Below, one piece after another: positions 12,734-23,404 of a stretch of DNA of 45,271 nucleotides (position 1 is the stretch's first letter; each line of letters starts with the position of its first letter). The position numbers and the translations under genes are program-made. Origin of the DNA: Pelomyxa schiedti (taxonomy: Eukaryota > Protista > Evosea); assembly GCA_020536535.1 (NCBI GenBank), contig JAHLWZ010000926.1, positions 1-45,271 on the forward strand. The letters are read 5' to 3'. The notes beneath the pieces were generated by a model, which was given only the letters and a program-made list of their open reading frames with translations, did not search any database and was not told the origin of the DNA.

Positions 12734-15700
12734 CTAACCATCCAGCTGCACCAGTGAAGACCGGATTTCTTTCCATCTACCGAGTAATTGCTCCGCCGAC
12801 GGCCTAGACTCTGGGTCCTTTCCCCAACAGTCCTGAATCAACTGCGCAACTTCGGGAGGGCATTGCGGAGGTATAGTAGGCCTAGTACGTCATTATTGAC
12901 AATACTAAGTTTCAGAATATCCTTACCTTAGGCATTTCTCGGCAGCCTGTATGAGTATCTGGAAATCAAAGTGTATCCACTTGAACTCACTATACGGTGC
13001 GCAATGGTGACCGCACAGTAATCGGTAGACCACCTCCCACATAATGATTCCCATGGAAAAAACATCCGACTTGTTTGAAAAAAGGGCTCCATGGAATACT
13101 GTATGATTTAAGAACAAAAAAAAAAAAAAAAACAAAACATACACTCTGGAGCACAATAATTTAGCGTTCCAACGAGTCTTCCCAGCGTTGTATTATTTGA
13201 AACAGTAGTAAACCGGGAGAGCCTAGTTGATAAGGGTAATTTACAGAACAGGGTGAGCCGCACCTACCCAAAATCGGCCAGCTTTATACGGTAGTCCGAG
13301 GTCACCTGGAAAGAACGTTAACCATAAGTATAGACTGCTGGCGTAATATACCAAAATATTAAGAGCCTTAAGGTCTCTGTGCACAATTGAAGGCACGTGT
13401 GAATGCAAGTAGTGTAAACCTTTTAAGGATTGCATACAAATGCTGATCGCAAGTGACCAGGTGAATTGCGTTGTAGGGTCTGTCATAATATGGACAAGAG
13501 TCCCTCTGACACTAATTAGGAACAGATATTCAATGACAGGATTACTTCTGACAAAATTCCATGACGAAAGAAAGCCGTGTCCCAACACAGGCACCAAAGA
13601 ACCCAACTAAATTTTTGTGCTGAGTAGAACTAATTCAGGTCAACAAAAAGGAATCGGTGTTTAGGAGAACCTCAAAATGTTAACTTCTTTCTTGAATTCA
13701 GTAATGAGCTTCTGGTCCAGGGAACGTTTCAGAGTTTTCACAGCAACCAATTCGCTTTTGTATGTACATTTGTAAACTTTGGCGAAGGTTCCTGAGCTTA
13801 TTTTGCTTAACCACTCGATCTACAGTGGAGTTGGTGCAATGTATTAATAAGCGCACTACTTCATCTTCTGGGATCCAAATGCCACTCCTTTCAGAGGGTT
13901 TGTTGATTACCATCACGGACTCACTACTAGGATGCCGCTCTGATGGGCCTGGTGGTAGATGAGAATAACATCAGAGCGATTATGAAATGGGCACCTGTTT
14001 CCTGCAGAACATGAATCTTATTACGAGCTTTGCTTAAAGATAAATAGTTCCGAATGGGCTGATCTTGGGGCACAGGAACTCCATTGAATGGGGTTTCTGT
14101 GCCACCACCTTCTGGGGTAGCACTTCCAGGGTGTTTTGTGTAGACGGTGTATCTTTGGAAAGTTAAAATACAGCAAGCTCTCATTGCATACTTGAAATTT
14201 GGCTCTACTTCAGCCAGTTTTGAACACAAATCTGAAACTGTAGATTTTCGAGATATGGCCATTGTCCACAGTGATGTCTTTCCTGAAGCTTCTTGTAACT
14301 CCATGTGAACTAATTGCTGTTGCGGTAAGAATTACTAAAGTATTTTTAAAATTGTACCATGTAGTTGTCTTTCTTTGGTGAAGTCCCTGGAAAACCTATT
14401 GCCTGCGCTACATTGTCACTGTCATCTTCCTCATCATCGCTTTCGCATTGTATGCTATCCGCACTACCAATGCTATTTAGAGGAGATTTTCTACTAGGAG
14501 AAGTCTCCCCTTCAGAGCTTGAACTGTCTAGTCCCTCCAAAACAGTTGGTCGTGGTGGTGCCAATAAATTCTTTGCCGCAGTTTCTTTGGCGGATTTTGG
14601 AGCTTGGTTCTCTCTGTTCCCACTTCTACTGGTGTGAGAGTGTTTACTTTCAGCTGGTTTCACTTCTGAAGATGGGCTGTGAGAATCTCGATGGCTTTTG
14701 TGATGCTTTGAGGATGGCTGACGTGATTTATGTGACGAATGGTGCCTATGTGACCTTGATTTGTGGGAATGGGGACTGGGTGATGGGCTTTTGTGTGATG
14801 AAGCACTTATTTTTTCCTGTGGTGTTTTCTCTATGAAGACAAGATCGGAAAACATCTTTCCTGAGAGCACTTCTGAATCGTCCAGTTCTCTCTCTGATCA
14901 AGGTATTAATAACAAAAAAGAGCCCATTGTAAGCTAACCAATCTGTCCACTCTCAGTTGTGATTATTTGGCAGAGTTTGGTTCGATCAGTAACTCCCACA
15001 ATGTGGGAGATACAAGCTTTTGCATCTTTGGCGGTGAGAGTGGGAATAGACTCCTTCGGTGTATCGACCTTAGGTGAGTTGTCTGTGGTGGAGGGAAGCA
15101 AGGGGCCTGTTGTAACCTGTCAAAATCAGCACAGTGGGTAACCAGTATTTCTCTTTACCTTGGAAAGATCAATTGGAAGACTACGTCTAAGATCGTTGGT
15201 AGCATGCCGTCCTTCCCCATTGGCATCTGTGGTGGTTAGTTGTTGGGTGCAACAGTAGAGAGAAACCATTGTTCTTTCCGGACATAATAAAATCAATTGG
15301 ATCCAACTTTGCATATGAGGTTGTAATGTGTATAGGAGGTGGTTTAATCCGAGGAGATCCAGGACACGGGGACTTGCTTCTCTCTGGTTCAGTTGGGGTG
15401 AGAAGTGAACCTGCCAGACCTTTGAGAGTGACATATGAATGGGCCTGCTGGGAACCAGTCTGCAGTGTGGGGCTGCTTGGCGGTGAGGCTATGGCTACAG
15501 AGGTTCTCTGGAGAGAAGGAAAAGGGGACAATACACGAGGGGAAGGGCTCAACTGAAAATCTGGAACAGTTGACTCACAAGATGTATTGCAAGAGGAAAG
15601 GGGAGATTTATGTGTCATTTGTGCATCAGGGGGTAGTAGTAGACTCGGGGGTCCTGAGACACTCAAAGTTCGGCGGTCAGCAGGCTTCTGGTTCCGAGGA

Positions 15701-16437
15701 GGCGATAAAGGGGCTTTATAACTGGCTGAAAAAGGCTCACCATCCTGTGCATCATCTTCGCGGCAGTGTGAAGATTGTGACCTGGACCGAAACGATTGGC
15801 GGGTTGGTCTTCCGCGAGAGTCGTATGTCAATTCATCAGGGACACTGTGCCTGTCAGACGTATTCCACGAAACAGGGCTTTTGGCTTTAGAAATGAAAGC
15901 TGCTTTGGACATTGACACGTCAATTTCATCCAGGTCAGTGATTGCAGTAGTGTTGACGCTGCAACTCCTCGTCACAATGATCCCGGGGTACATAGTCGGT
16001 GACAACAATGGCGGCGTCATTGACGGCGACGGCGAGGGAGAAGGAGTACGCGACGAAGAGACGGAAATAGTGGGCGACGTCGGCGGGCCTACAAAGACAG
16101 AAGGGGAGGACGTCCGCGACGGCGACGGAGACGATGTCCTTGGTGAGGAGGCCGAAGGCGACGCAGAGCGCGAGAGCATAGTGTTGCGCCGCTGGACAAC
16201 GGCGACGCCGGGCGCGGTTAATGATGACGAAGATGTAGTTGAACAAGATGACGAGAGCGCTGAACGCCGCAAAATTGCCGGGTCCGCCGCAACACCCGAG
16301 ATCGTCTGCGACGAAGTGACGCCGGGGTCACCAGACGACGATGAGGACACAAGACCCAGAGACTGGAGATCTTCACCGCCGACCGTGGTAGTTGTCGCAG
16401 GTCCGGGTGCTGTCGGCTTGACTTGCTCGTTGCCCAT
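12734..16437 (-). CDS. TKL-family protein kinase with MG- (myristoylation-type) Ser-rich N-terminus and possible ubiquitin-like domain; multi-exon
   Basis: Start MGNEQVK; kinase motifs GTFAKVY, VAVK, HRDLKALNIL, KLADFG, SDVFSMGIIMWE, CWGKDPESRP; TAG at 12734-12736. Confidence 0.85.
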
Positions 16438-16918
16438 GTAGCTACGCCGCTTAGGTTTATTGTATTTAATAAAATCAGAGAAACAATGCGAAATCTCTGA
16501 AGTCTGGAGTAACTTCGGATTAGAGGAACTGGCATTTGGCGTCCCATCAGTGATCAATCAGGTGCCAGGGCAGAACGCCAAGTGTGGGAATTTTTTCTTC
16601 CGTGGGACATTGCATAAAGGTCGAGGTTGCAGTCCACTCTCTAAGAGGAAAATAAATTTTCACCCTCCCAAAGAAACATTGTGCGATCGAAATAGTCGCT
16701 TCCAGGAAACCGACGCGATGGGGTGGATGTTGTGATTATGCCCCATCGCCTTCGAAGCGTCGCAACTTGGATTCCTTGAACATCCCAACTTGCAAATAGC
16801 GACGCAATTTTTTGTTGGTGTCTTGTCTGTGCTCTAGAGCATTCGTTTTTCAGAAAACAAAAACCAACAAACAAAAAAAAAACGCAACACAAACCGCAGG
16901 CGAGACGTTGGTACCGAA

Positions 16919-18274
16919 ATGTGTAATAAAACGGAGAACGAGGGAACGACGGCTAGATCTGAGGATATTCGTTGGAATATAACAGTGAGAAACGTGGGAG
17001 TAGATTTGAGTGATTACTTCGAGCAGCCGGTACGCCACAGACTCCTCTTTTTTTTTTCACCACATTATTCGTTTTTTAGAAAACCTTACCGCGTGCAATC
17101 TAAATATTGCTTTGTGAAATTCTTTATTAATACCCTTATGCAGATAGCAACGACAGCCGAACAGTTGGGGGTATGCACCACTGCGTTGAAAAAGCTGTGT
17201 AGAAAAATAGGAATCCGGAGGTGGCCTTACCGTAAGGTACACTCTAGAAGATACCAAATTAACTTAGTTTTTTTGTTATAAGATATAATAGTACTCTTAT
17301 ATCTATAGATAATAGTACGTTTTGGCTTCTAATGATTCCAACAGTTTGAGAGTCTGAACAAGACGATCGTTGCTTTAGAGGGCAAGAGGACTGAGTCGTT
17401 AAATGAGAGCGAACTACTTGACATTGACAATCAACTTAGAAACGCCAGGGCCATTAAACTCCGGTTGATCAAAGATCCGGATGCAACAGTTGCTTTGAGA
17501 GGTAGTTTCTTCAGATAAACCTTAAATGCCAACATAATTTTTCTAGACATGACTGCACGGCCTACTCACTCTCTTCCTTCCACCATTGAAGGACTACCTC
17601 CGGAGACAGAATCTGCCAGTCCTTCCCTCCCCGCGAAAAGGGCGGCCCCTTCCAACATCCAAGAAACCCGGAGCAAGAAACCCAGAGATGAAGCACTTCT
17701 ACACGGTAAACTTTATTAATATCATTTTATCACTCCTAAATAAGTGCAGACCTCGAATCTCTACGGAGAGAAGGAGAATCTTTGGGCAACTACATAATGA
17801 GTCAACATTTTGCTTCTCGAGGACTAGAAAAAGCCAAGGGTACTGCCACTTTCCCCGTTGTTTTCCAGTTCCAACACAGAACCAGATGAACTCACAGTTA
17901 TTTCCGCAGTAATCGCACTCGTATCAATGAAGTCCCGATTACCACACAACCCCAATCCAGTGGAACCTATTACCCCGCCGCCACTGCAAACCCCACCTAC
18001 TACCCCTCCGCCTCCAATCTTTTGCTCACTCTCTTCCTCCGAGGACACTCCAACCAGCGCCACAAACACAGCAACCAGCACCCCTGTACTTACTCCCGCA
18101 CCCTCCGCACCCAGCACACCTCCTTCCACCTTCCTGGAAGCTGCTGTTTATAGCCCTTCAATATCTTGCTGTACCCTCTTGAGTATCACAACCCAACTCA
18201 ATAACCACAAAGGTGGAGGGGTAATACTGCTTCCCCCTCCAAACTCCCCCTCGACTACTATCCCCAAAATGTAA
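16919..18274 (+). CDS. RWP-RK domain transcription factor; multi-exon
   Basis: Spliced LSDYFEQP-IATTAEQLGVCTTALKKLCRKIGIRRWPYRK-FESL followed by a coiled coil and a Pro/Thr-rich tail. Confidence 0.88.
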
Positions 18275-18439
18275 ATCCACCAGCCTCCCCTAGCCAGCAC
18301 CAGCAGTGGAAAGAACCTGGTGCATGTATTATTATTATTAATCCAACTACGCCTGAACATACTGTCAATGCATACTTTTGGGTATAACCCCAAGGAATTA
18401 TTCACCTGTGAAAAAATAAAATAACAAAATTTTTTGCCA

Positions 18440-19633
18440 CTAAGTGTTCGAGTACTTATCAAGTATTTCCCTAAGTTCCTTTTTGGCCTCAAAACAACCA
18501 TTTGACAGAGAAAGCCTGTACCACCTGGTTGACTCCCTAATATCCCTCCTCCATACACCACCAAGGCAGTTTCTATTCCAATAAAAGCAGCCCAGGCCGT
18601 GCTGTGCTTCTCCAGAATCCTGAGCAGCTCCGAGGAAGTAGAGCCTCACGGCGTCCTGTATTCCCTTGGATTCTATGTCCCCATACTCATAGAGTACACC
18701 CAAGCCGTGCTGTGCCTCTGGCGTGCCTTGTGATGCAGCAGCCTGCATGTATCGCTCTGCTTTGTGAGGGTCTTTGGGAAGCCCACCTTCTCCTTTTCGG
18801 TAGCAGAAACCTAGCATGAGCATTCCAATTGCATTGCCAGATGCTGCACTGGCCTCGTAAAGCGGAATGGAGTCTGCTCTGGCGTTATGATGGAAGTAGT
18901 AGTCACCAATGTTTTGTGTAGCGCATGGGTTCCCTTTTTCCCGCGCATTCTGGAAGCACTGCAGTGCTCGCTCTGGGTTCTTCTCCACACCCCAGCCATG
19001 TTCCCAACAGCCCCCAAGGATGTTCTCACACCAATGGCAGCCCAATTCTGTGCCTGTACAGAAGTACTTGAAAGCCACAACAAGGTCCTTCTCACACCCA
19101 ATTGCCCACAGATACATGCCACCAATCAAATAGAAGCAAAATGCCCTAACTTCCCTTGTGCTGGTTTCAAAAATCACCAGGGAATCACCACCAGAATCTG
19201 ACGGCGCAGACATCCCACCATCCACAACTTTCTTCAACAGCTCGAGGCAGAACAACTGCGATTCGGGAGGACACTTCTTGGCACATGCCAATAACTGCAT
19301 CCTTGGGTAAACATCCACGCATTTTCCCTTGAGATAACCCAAAGGGTCCTTCTGGAAGATTGTCCTGAGCATCAGATAAGCGACTGGGCGCAACATTGAT
19401 TGAGAGGGCGACTTGATCAACGAATTGCAGGCCGCCATTGCCTCGTCGGTGCCACAACACAAAAACGACGAGACCACACGAACCAACGCCGCCACAGCCA
19501 TTGTGGGAATTGAAAACGCCGTTGACGTGCTGTTTTCGTTGCCATAATCACAGCCGTAACGTGACCCTTCATCATAATAATCACCCATTTGATTTTTTTT
19601 TCCCTTTCCAATTGAGAGTCCTTTATTCCCCAT
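18440..19633 (-). CDS. Sel1-like repeat protein, tandem paralog C (intronless; alternative start 19588)
   Basis: Sel1 repeats (LGGCWEHGWGVEKNPERALQCF, LGFCYRKGEGGLPKD, AQHGLGVLYEYG); shares an N-terminal module with its neighbours. Confidence 0.88.
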   Translation of the reverse strand: MGNKGLSIGKGKKNQMGDYYDEGSRYGCDYGNENSTSTAFSIPTMAVAALVRVVSSFLCCGTDEAMAACNSLIKSPSQSMLRPVAYLMLRTIFQKDPLGYLKGKCVDVYPRMQLLACAKKCPPESQLFCLELLKKVVDGGMSAPSDSGGDSLVIFETSTREVRAFCFYLIGGMYLWAIGCEKDLVVAFKYFCTGTELGCHWCENILGGCWEHGWGVEKNPERALQCFQNAREKGNPCATQNIGDYYFHHNARADSIPLYEASAASGNAIGMLMLGFCYRKGEGGLPKDPHKAERYMQAAASQGTPEAQHGLGVLYEYGDIESKGIQDAVRLYFLGAAQDSGEAQHGLGCFYWNRNCLGGVWRRDIRESTRWYRLSLSNGCFEAKKELREILDKYSNT

Positions 19634-20831
19634 CAGAATGCACTATAGTTTTCAGTAGAATCTCAGCGGGCCCATAGTCATTCGACACAGCCAGCCTGTA
19701 CCACCTGGTGGCCTCCCTTCTGTCCCTTGTCCACGTACGTGCCTGAGCCACGATTCTGTGAAGGAGGTCATGCATCAGCCCCATGTTATACTGTGCTACT
19801 CCACAGTCCTGCACCGCAGCGAGGAAGTGAAGCCTCAGGGCGTCCTGAATCCCCTTGGACTCCACTGCCCCTGACCGATAGTGTACAGCCAGACAGTTCT
19901 GTGCCCAGGGGTACCCTTGTGATGCAGCCAGTTGCATGCATTTCTCGGCTTTGTACAGGTCTTTGGGAAGACCCTCTCCTTTTCTGTATAGCATGGCTAA
20001 GATCAGGATACCCATGGCATTTCCTGCCTCTGCACCGGCTTCGAACAGAGGAAGGCAGGTTGGTATGTCGTTTTTTGTAGTGTAATAGTAGTCACCAAGG
20101 TTCGACGCAGCACACGGATTCCCTTTTTGCATTGAATCCCTCATGCATTCAACACACATTTCTGGGTTCTTTTCCACCCCCCAGCCATGCAAATAGCACA
20201 ACCCAAGAAAATTTTCACACCAAACACAGCCAGAATCAGAGCCAACCCTGAAGTACTTGAAAGCCATGTTGTAGTTCTGTGCAGTTCCAATTCCCCACAA
20301 GTATATTCCACCAATCAAATAGCAGCATAATGCCCTCACCTCCCTCGTGATGCTGATTGCATTTCCGTTCCCATAACCGCAGAGCATTGAAGCTCCATCG
20401 TCATCCGATGAACGAGTGTCACAAGTCACTGTGCCTTTCTCAGCGATGTTACGCAACAGCTCCATGCTGAAATATATCGAAGAGCGAGGGCACTTCTGAG
20501 CGCATGTGGCTAAATAGTCCCTTGGGTAGACATCAACGCTTTTGCCTTTCAGGTAACCCCATGGGTCCTTCTGGAAGATTGTCCTGAGCATCAGATAGCC
20601 GACTGGGCGCAACATTGATTGAGAGGGCGACTTGATCAACAAATTGCAGGCCGCCGTTGCCTCGTCGGTGCCACAACACAAAAACGACGAGACCACACGA
20701 ACCAACGCCGCCACCGTCATTGTGGGAAATGAAACCGTCGTCGATGTGCTTGTTTCGCAGTCTCCCTCATCACAACTCATCATTCTTTTTTCGGAGAAAG
20801 ATTTTTGATGGAGTTGAGCAGTGAGGGTCAT
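19623..20831 (-). CDS. Sel1-like repeat protein, tandem paralog B (intronless; alternative start 20783)
   Basis: Sel1 repeats (LGLCYLHGWGVEKN, LAMLYRKGEGLPKDLYKA, AQYNMGLMH). Confidence 0.88.
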   Translation of the reverse strand: MTLTAQLHQKSFSEKRMMSCDEGDCETSTSTTVSFPTMTVAALVRVVSSFLCCGTDEATAACNLLIKSPSQSMLRPVGYLMLRTIFQKDPWGYLKGKSVDVYPRDYLATCAQKCPRSSIYFSMELLRNIAEKGTVTCDTRSSDDDGASMLCGYGNGNAISITREVRALCCYLIGGIYLWGIGTAQNYNMAFKYFRVGSDSGCVWCENFLGLCYLHGWGVEKNPEMCVECMRDSMQKGNPCAASNLGDYYYTTKNDIPTCLPLFEAGAEAGNAMGILILAMLYRKGEGLPKDLYKAEKCMQLAASQGYPWAQNCLAVHYRSGAVESKGIQDALRLHFLAAVQDCGVAQYNMGLMHDLLHRIVAQARTWTRDRREATRWYRLAVSNDYGPAEILLKTIVHSDGE

Positions 20832-21946
20832 GATTCTCCTTCGTCATTAGTAGGCCCATTCAGTATTTCTTTCAGTAGGCCCGTAGCTGCACCACCATGG
20901 GATATTGACAGCCTGTACCACTTGCTGGCCTCCCTCATGTCCCTCCTCCACACACGAGACTCAGGTGAGTGAAGACTGTCATACATAAGTCCAACGTTGG
21001 CCTGTGCCCCTTCACAACCTTGCGCAGCCGCGAAAAAGTATAGCCTCAGAGAGTCCTGGATTTCCCTGGACTCAAATGTACCTGACTCGTAGAGGTTGGC
21101 TAAGCAGCTCTGGGCCCAGGAGTACCCTTGTGATGCGGCAGCCTGCATGTACTTCTCGGCTTTGTAGACGTCTTTGGGAACGCCTTCTCCTTTTTTGTAC
21201 ATCAAAGCCAGGTTCAGCATTGCAGGGGCACTTCCTAGACATGCAGCCGCTTCATAAAGGGGAACACAGCAAGGTTGTAGACCATCTTTGTGCCTCTCAT
21301 AGTATTCACCAAGGTTTGAGCCTCCGCATGGATTCCCTTTTTGCATTGAATCCCTCAGGCATTCAACACACAGCTCCTGGTTCTTTTCCACACCCCAGCC
21401 ATGCCAATAGCACAGCCCAAGCAAGTTCTCACACCAAATACAGCCAGAATCAGTGCCAGCCCTGAAGTACTTGAAAGCCATGTTGTAGCTCTGTGCAGTT
21501 CCAATTCCCCACAGGTATATTCCACCAATCAAATAGCAGCAGAATGCCCTCACTTCCCCAGTGATGGTTCTTGTGTTCCCGTTCCCATAACTGAATGGCA
21601 CAGTACCGTTCTCTACCACTTTTGTCAACAGTTCCATACAAAACAAATGCGATTCAGGGGGGCACTTCTTGGCACATCCCTTGAGGTGATCCCTTGGGTA
21701 AACATCCACGCACTTTCCCTTGAGGTACCCACAAGCGTCTTTCTGGAAAATTGTCCTGAGCAACAAATAGCCAACCGGGCGCAGCATCGACCGAGAGGGC
21801 GACTTGATCAACGAATTGCAGGCGGCCTTTACCTCGTCGGTGCCACAACCGCCGACAAACAACGAAATCACATCAAGGCACGCCTCTGGGTCAGATCTGC
21901 TGTTACTTGTAGTGGCCGCGATTATGGGAGGCGTTATGTTGTCCAT
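20828..21946 (-). CDS. Sel1-like repeat protein, tandem paralog A (intronless)
   Basis: Sel1 repeats (LGLCYWHGWGVEKN, NLALMYKKGEGVPKD, AQANVGLMY). Confidence 0.88.
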   Translation of the reverse strand: MDNITPPIIAATTSNSRSDPEACLDVISLFVGGCGTDEVKAACNSLIKSPSRSMLRPVGYLLLRTIFQKDACGYLKGKCVDVYPRDHLKGCAKKCPPESHLFCMELLTKVVENGTVPFSYGNGNTRTITGEVRAFCCYLIGGIYLWGIGTAQSYNMAFKYFRAGTDSGCIWCENLLGLCYWHGWGVEKNQELCVECLRDSMQKGNPCGGSNLGEYYERHKDGLQPCCVPLYEAAACLGSAPAMLNLALMYKKGEGVPKDVYKAEKYMQAAASQGYSWAQSCLANLYESGTFESREIQDSLRLYFFAAAQGCEGAQANVGLMYDSLHSPESRVWRRDMREASKWYRLSISHGGAATGLLKEILNGPTNDEGES

Positions 21947-22082
21947 CGCCCAAGGCGCGGCACTTCACTCGCTGTGAATTGTTTTTTTTTCTTCACCTTC
22001 GGAGAAAGACAACTTACTGGCGAGTTAGTGAGTACCTCGGAGGTCAAGGGTGTTGGGACATACTTGTGGGTTTGTGGAGTAG

Positions 22083-23064
22083 ATGGCTAGTAGTAGCACT
22101 GTGATGATGATCAAGTTGGTTGGGGTTGGTGACGAGGGTGTTGGAAAAGTATGATACTTTACACTTTAATTGCTAGTGCTCATTGATTAATGCGTTATTG
22201 GGGGAGTTACTACGTTGTACTGCTGCAAATCTATAAGACATATATCATTATTTATTTCAAATGATGAACTTCAGGCTTCGATGGTAGCTTCGTACTTGGG
22301 GGACCCCACTCTCACGTGTTTTAGTGGATACTCTGTTAACGTGATGGTGGATTACAGAATGGTTTCTCTTGGCCGTGTGTATTGCACTTCATTTGAAAAC
22401 ACCACTCACAAAACCATTTTTTCCGACAGTGTGGGTTCCATATGGTAGAGAGAATACCGACCGGATGCGGAGTCTGTGCTATCCTCAAACCGATGTCTGT
22501 GACACATATACTATTATAACCGGAATATTAATAATAATATACTAATAACTTTCTAACATTTTTGTAAAAGGTTTTCCTCCTGTGCTTCTCTGTTGTATGC
22601 CCTTCATCATTTGAGAATATTAAAAACAAGTGGTGGCCAGAAGTGACGAGTCATTGCCAGTGCAGCCGTATCGTTGTTGTTGGAACAAAAGTTGATCTCA
22701 GAGGTTGAATATCATCACGCATCTACTACACATAGAAAAAGTCAAGCCCTAATAAAACAAATTCACAAAAAATAATCTGCACTTCCTGCAGATGATAAAG
22801 AGGCCGTGGCACGGCTGAGAGCCGCGGGACAGGCTCCCATAACATCAGAGCAAGGAAGGCAACTTGTAGAACAAATACACGCTCATGCATACGTGGAGTG
22901 TTCTGCAGTTACCAATACAGGTAATTCACCCCCAACTCTAAACATAAGGGCAATACTTCCATGGTAATATCACCAAAGGGGTTCAGAATGTCTTCTCGGA
23001 GGCCATCAAAGTTACCCTACCACCAATCTGTAAACAGCACAGAGACCCTTGCCTCCTAAGCTAA
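22083..23064 (+). CDS. Rho/Rac-family small GTPase with degenerate G1/G3 motifs; multi-exon
   Basis: [49 protein letters not shown], Rho insert, YVECSA, CaaX-like CLLS*. Confidence 0.85.
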
Positions 23065-23153
23065 TTGTAACATAAATAAAACAAACACAAGAACGTGCCC
23101 GTGAAAATCTAATCCTAACAAATACACAACGACCATAAACTTTCAAAAATTAA

Positions 23154-23224
23154 TGCGGGTGCCTGGAATCGGACCAGGGTTTTCAGAGCCACAATCTGAA
23201 GTTCTACCTCTAAACTACACCCGC
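23154..23224 (-). tRNA. trnH-GUG: tRNA-His (GUG), copy 1
   Basis: Cloverleaf with acceptor GCGGGTG/CACCCGC and anticodon arm TCAGA-TT-GTG-GC-TCTGA; T-run downstream. Confidence 0.92.
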
Positions 23225-23323
23225 TTCACATTCTGAGAGCTCCGTTTGTGGCATGCCAAGGTACCTTGTTTAGTTTTTCACATCGTTTCTCTTCAGTGAC
23301 AAAATTTTGCTGCATCTCTCGAA

Positions 23324-23395
23324 GCGTTTGTGGTGAAATGGTTCTCATAGCAGCCTTCCAAGCTGTTGTTCCGGGTTCGATTCCCGGCAAACGCA
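23324..23395 (+). tRNA. trnG-UCC: tRNA-Gly (UCC), copy 1
   Basis: Acceptor GCGTTTG/CAAACGC, anticodon arm GCAGC-CT-TCC-AA-GCTGT, T arm CCGGG-TTCGATT-CCCGG. Confidence 0.95.
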
Positions 23396-23404
23396 AAAAT
23401 ATTT

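Larger units (their letters stand above)
23083..23395. repeat. Direct repeat copy 1 of the tRNA-His/tRNA-Gly cassette (copy 2 at ~31161-31475)
   Basis: Identical tRNAs and alignable spacer and flank sequence about 8.06 kb apart. Confidence 0.9.

Noticed and set aside
18440-21946. Bacterial contamination or endosymbiont contig
   Set aside because: Flanked within ~140-170 bp by intron-containing eukaryotic genes, and shares a module with the intron-containing TRIM gene
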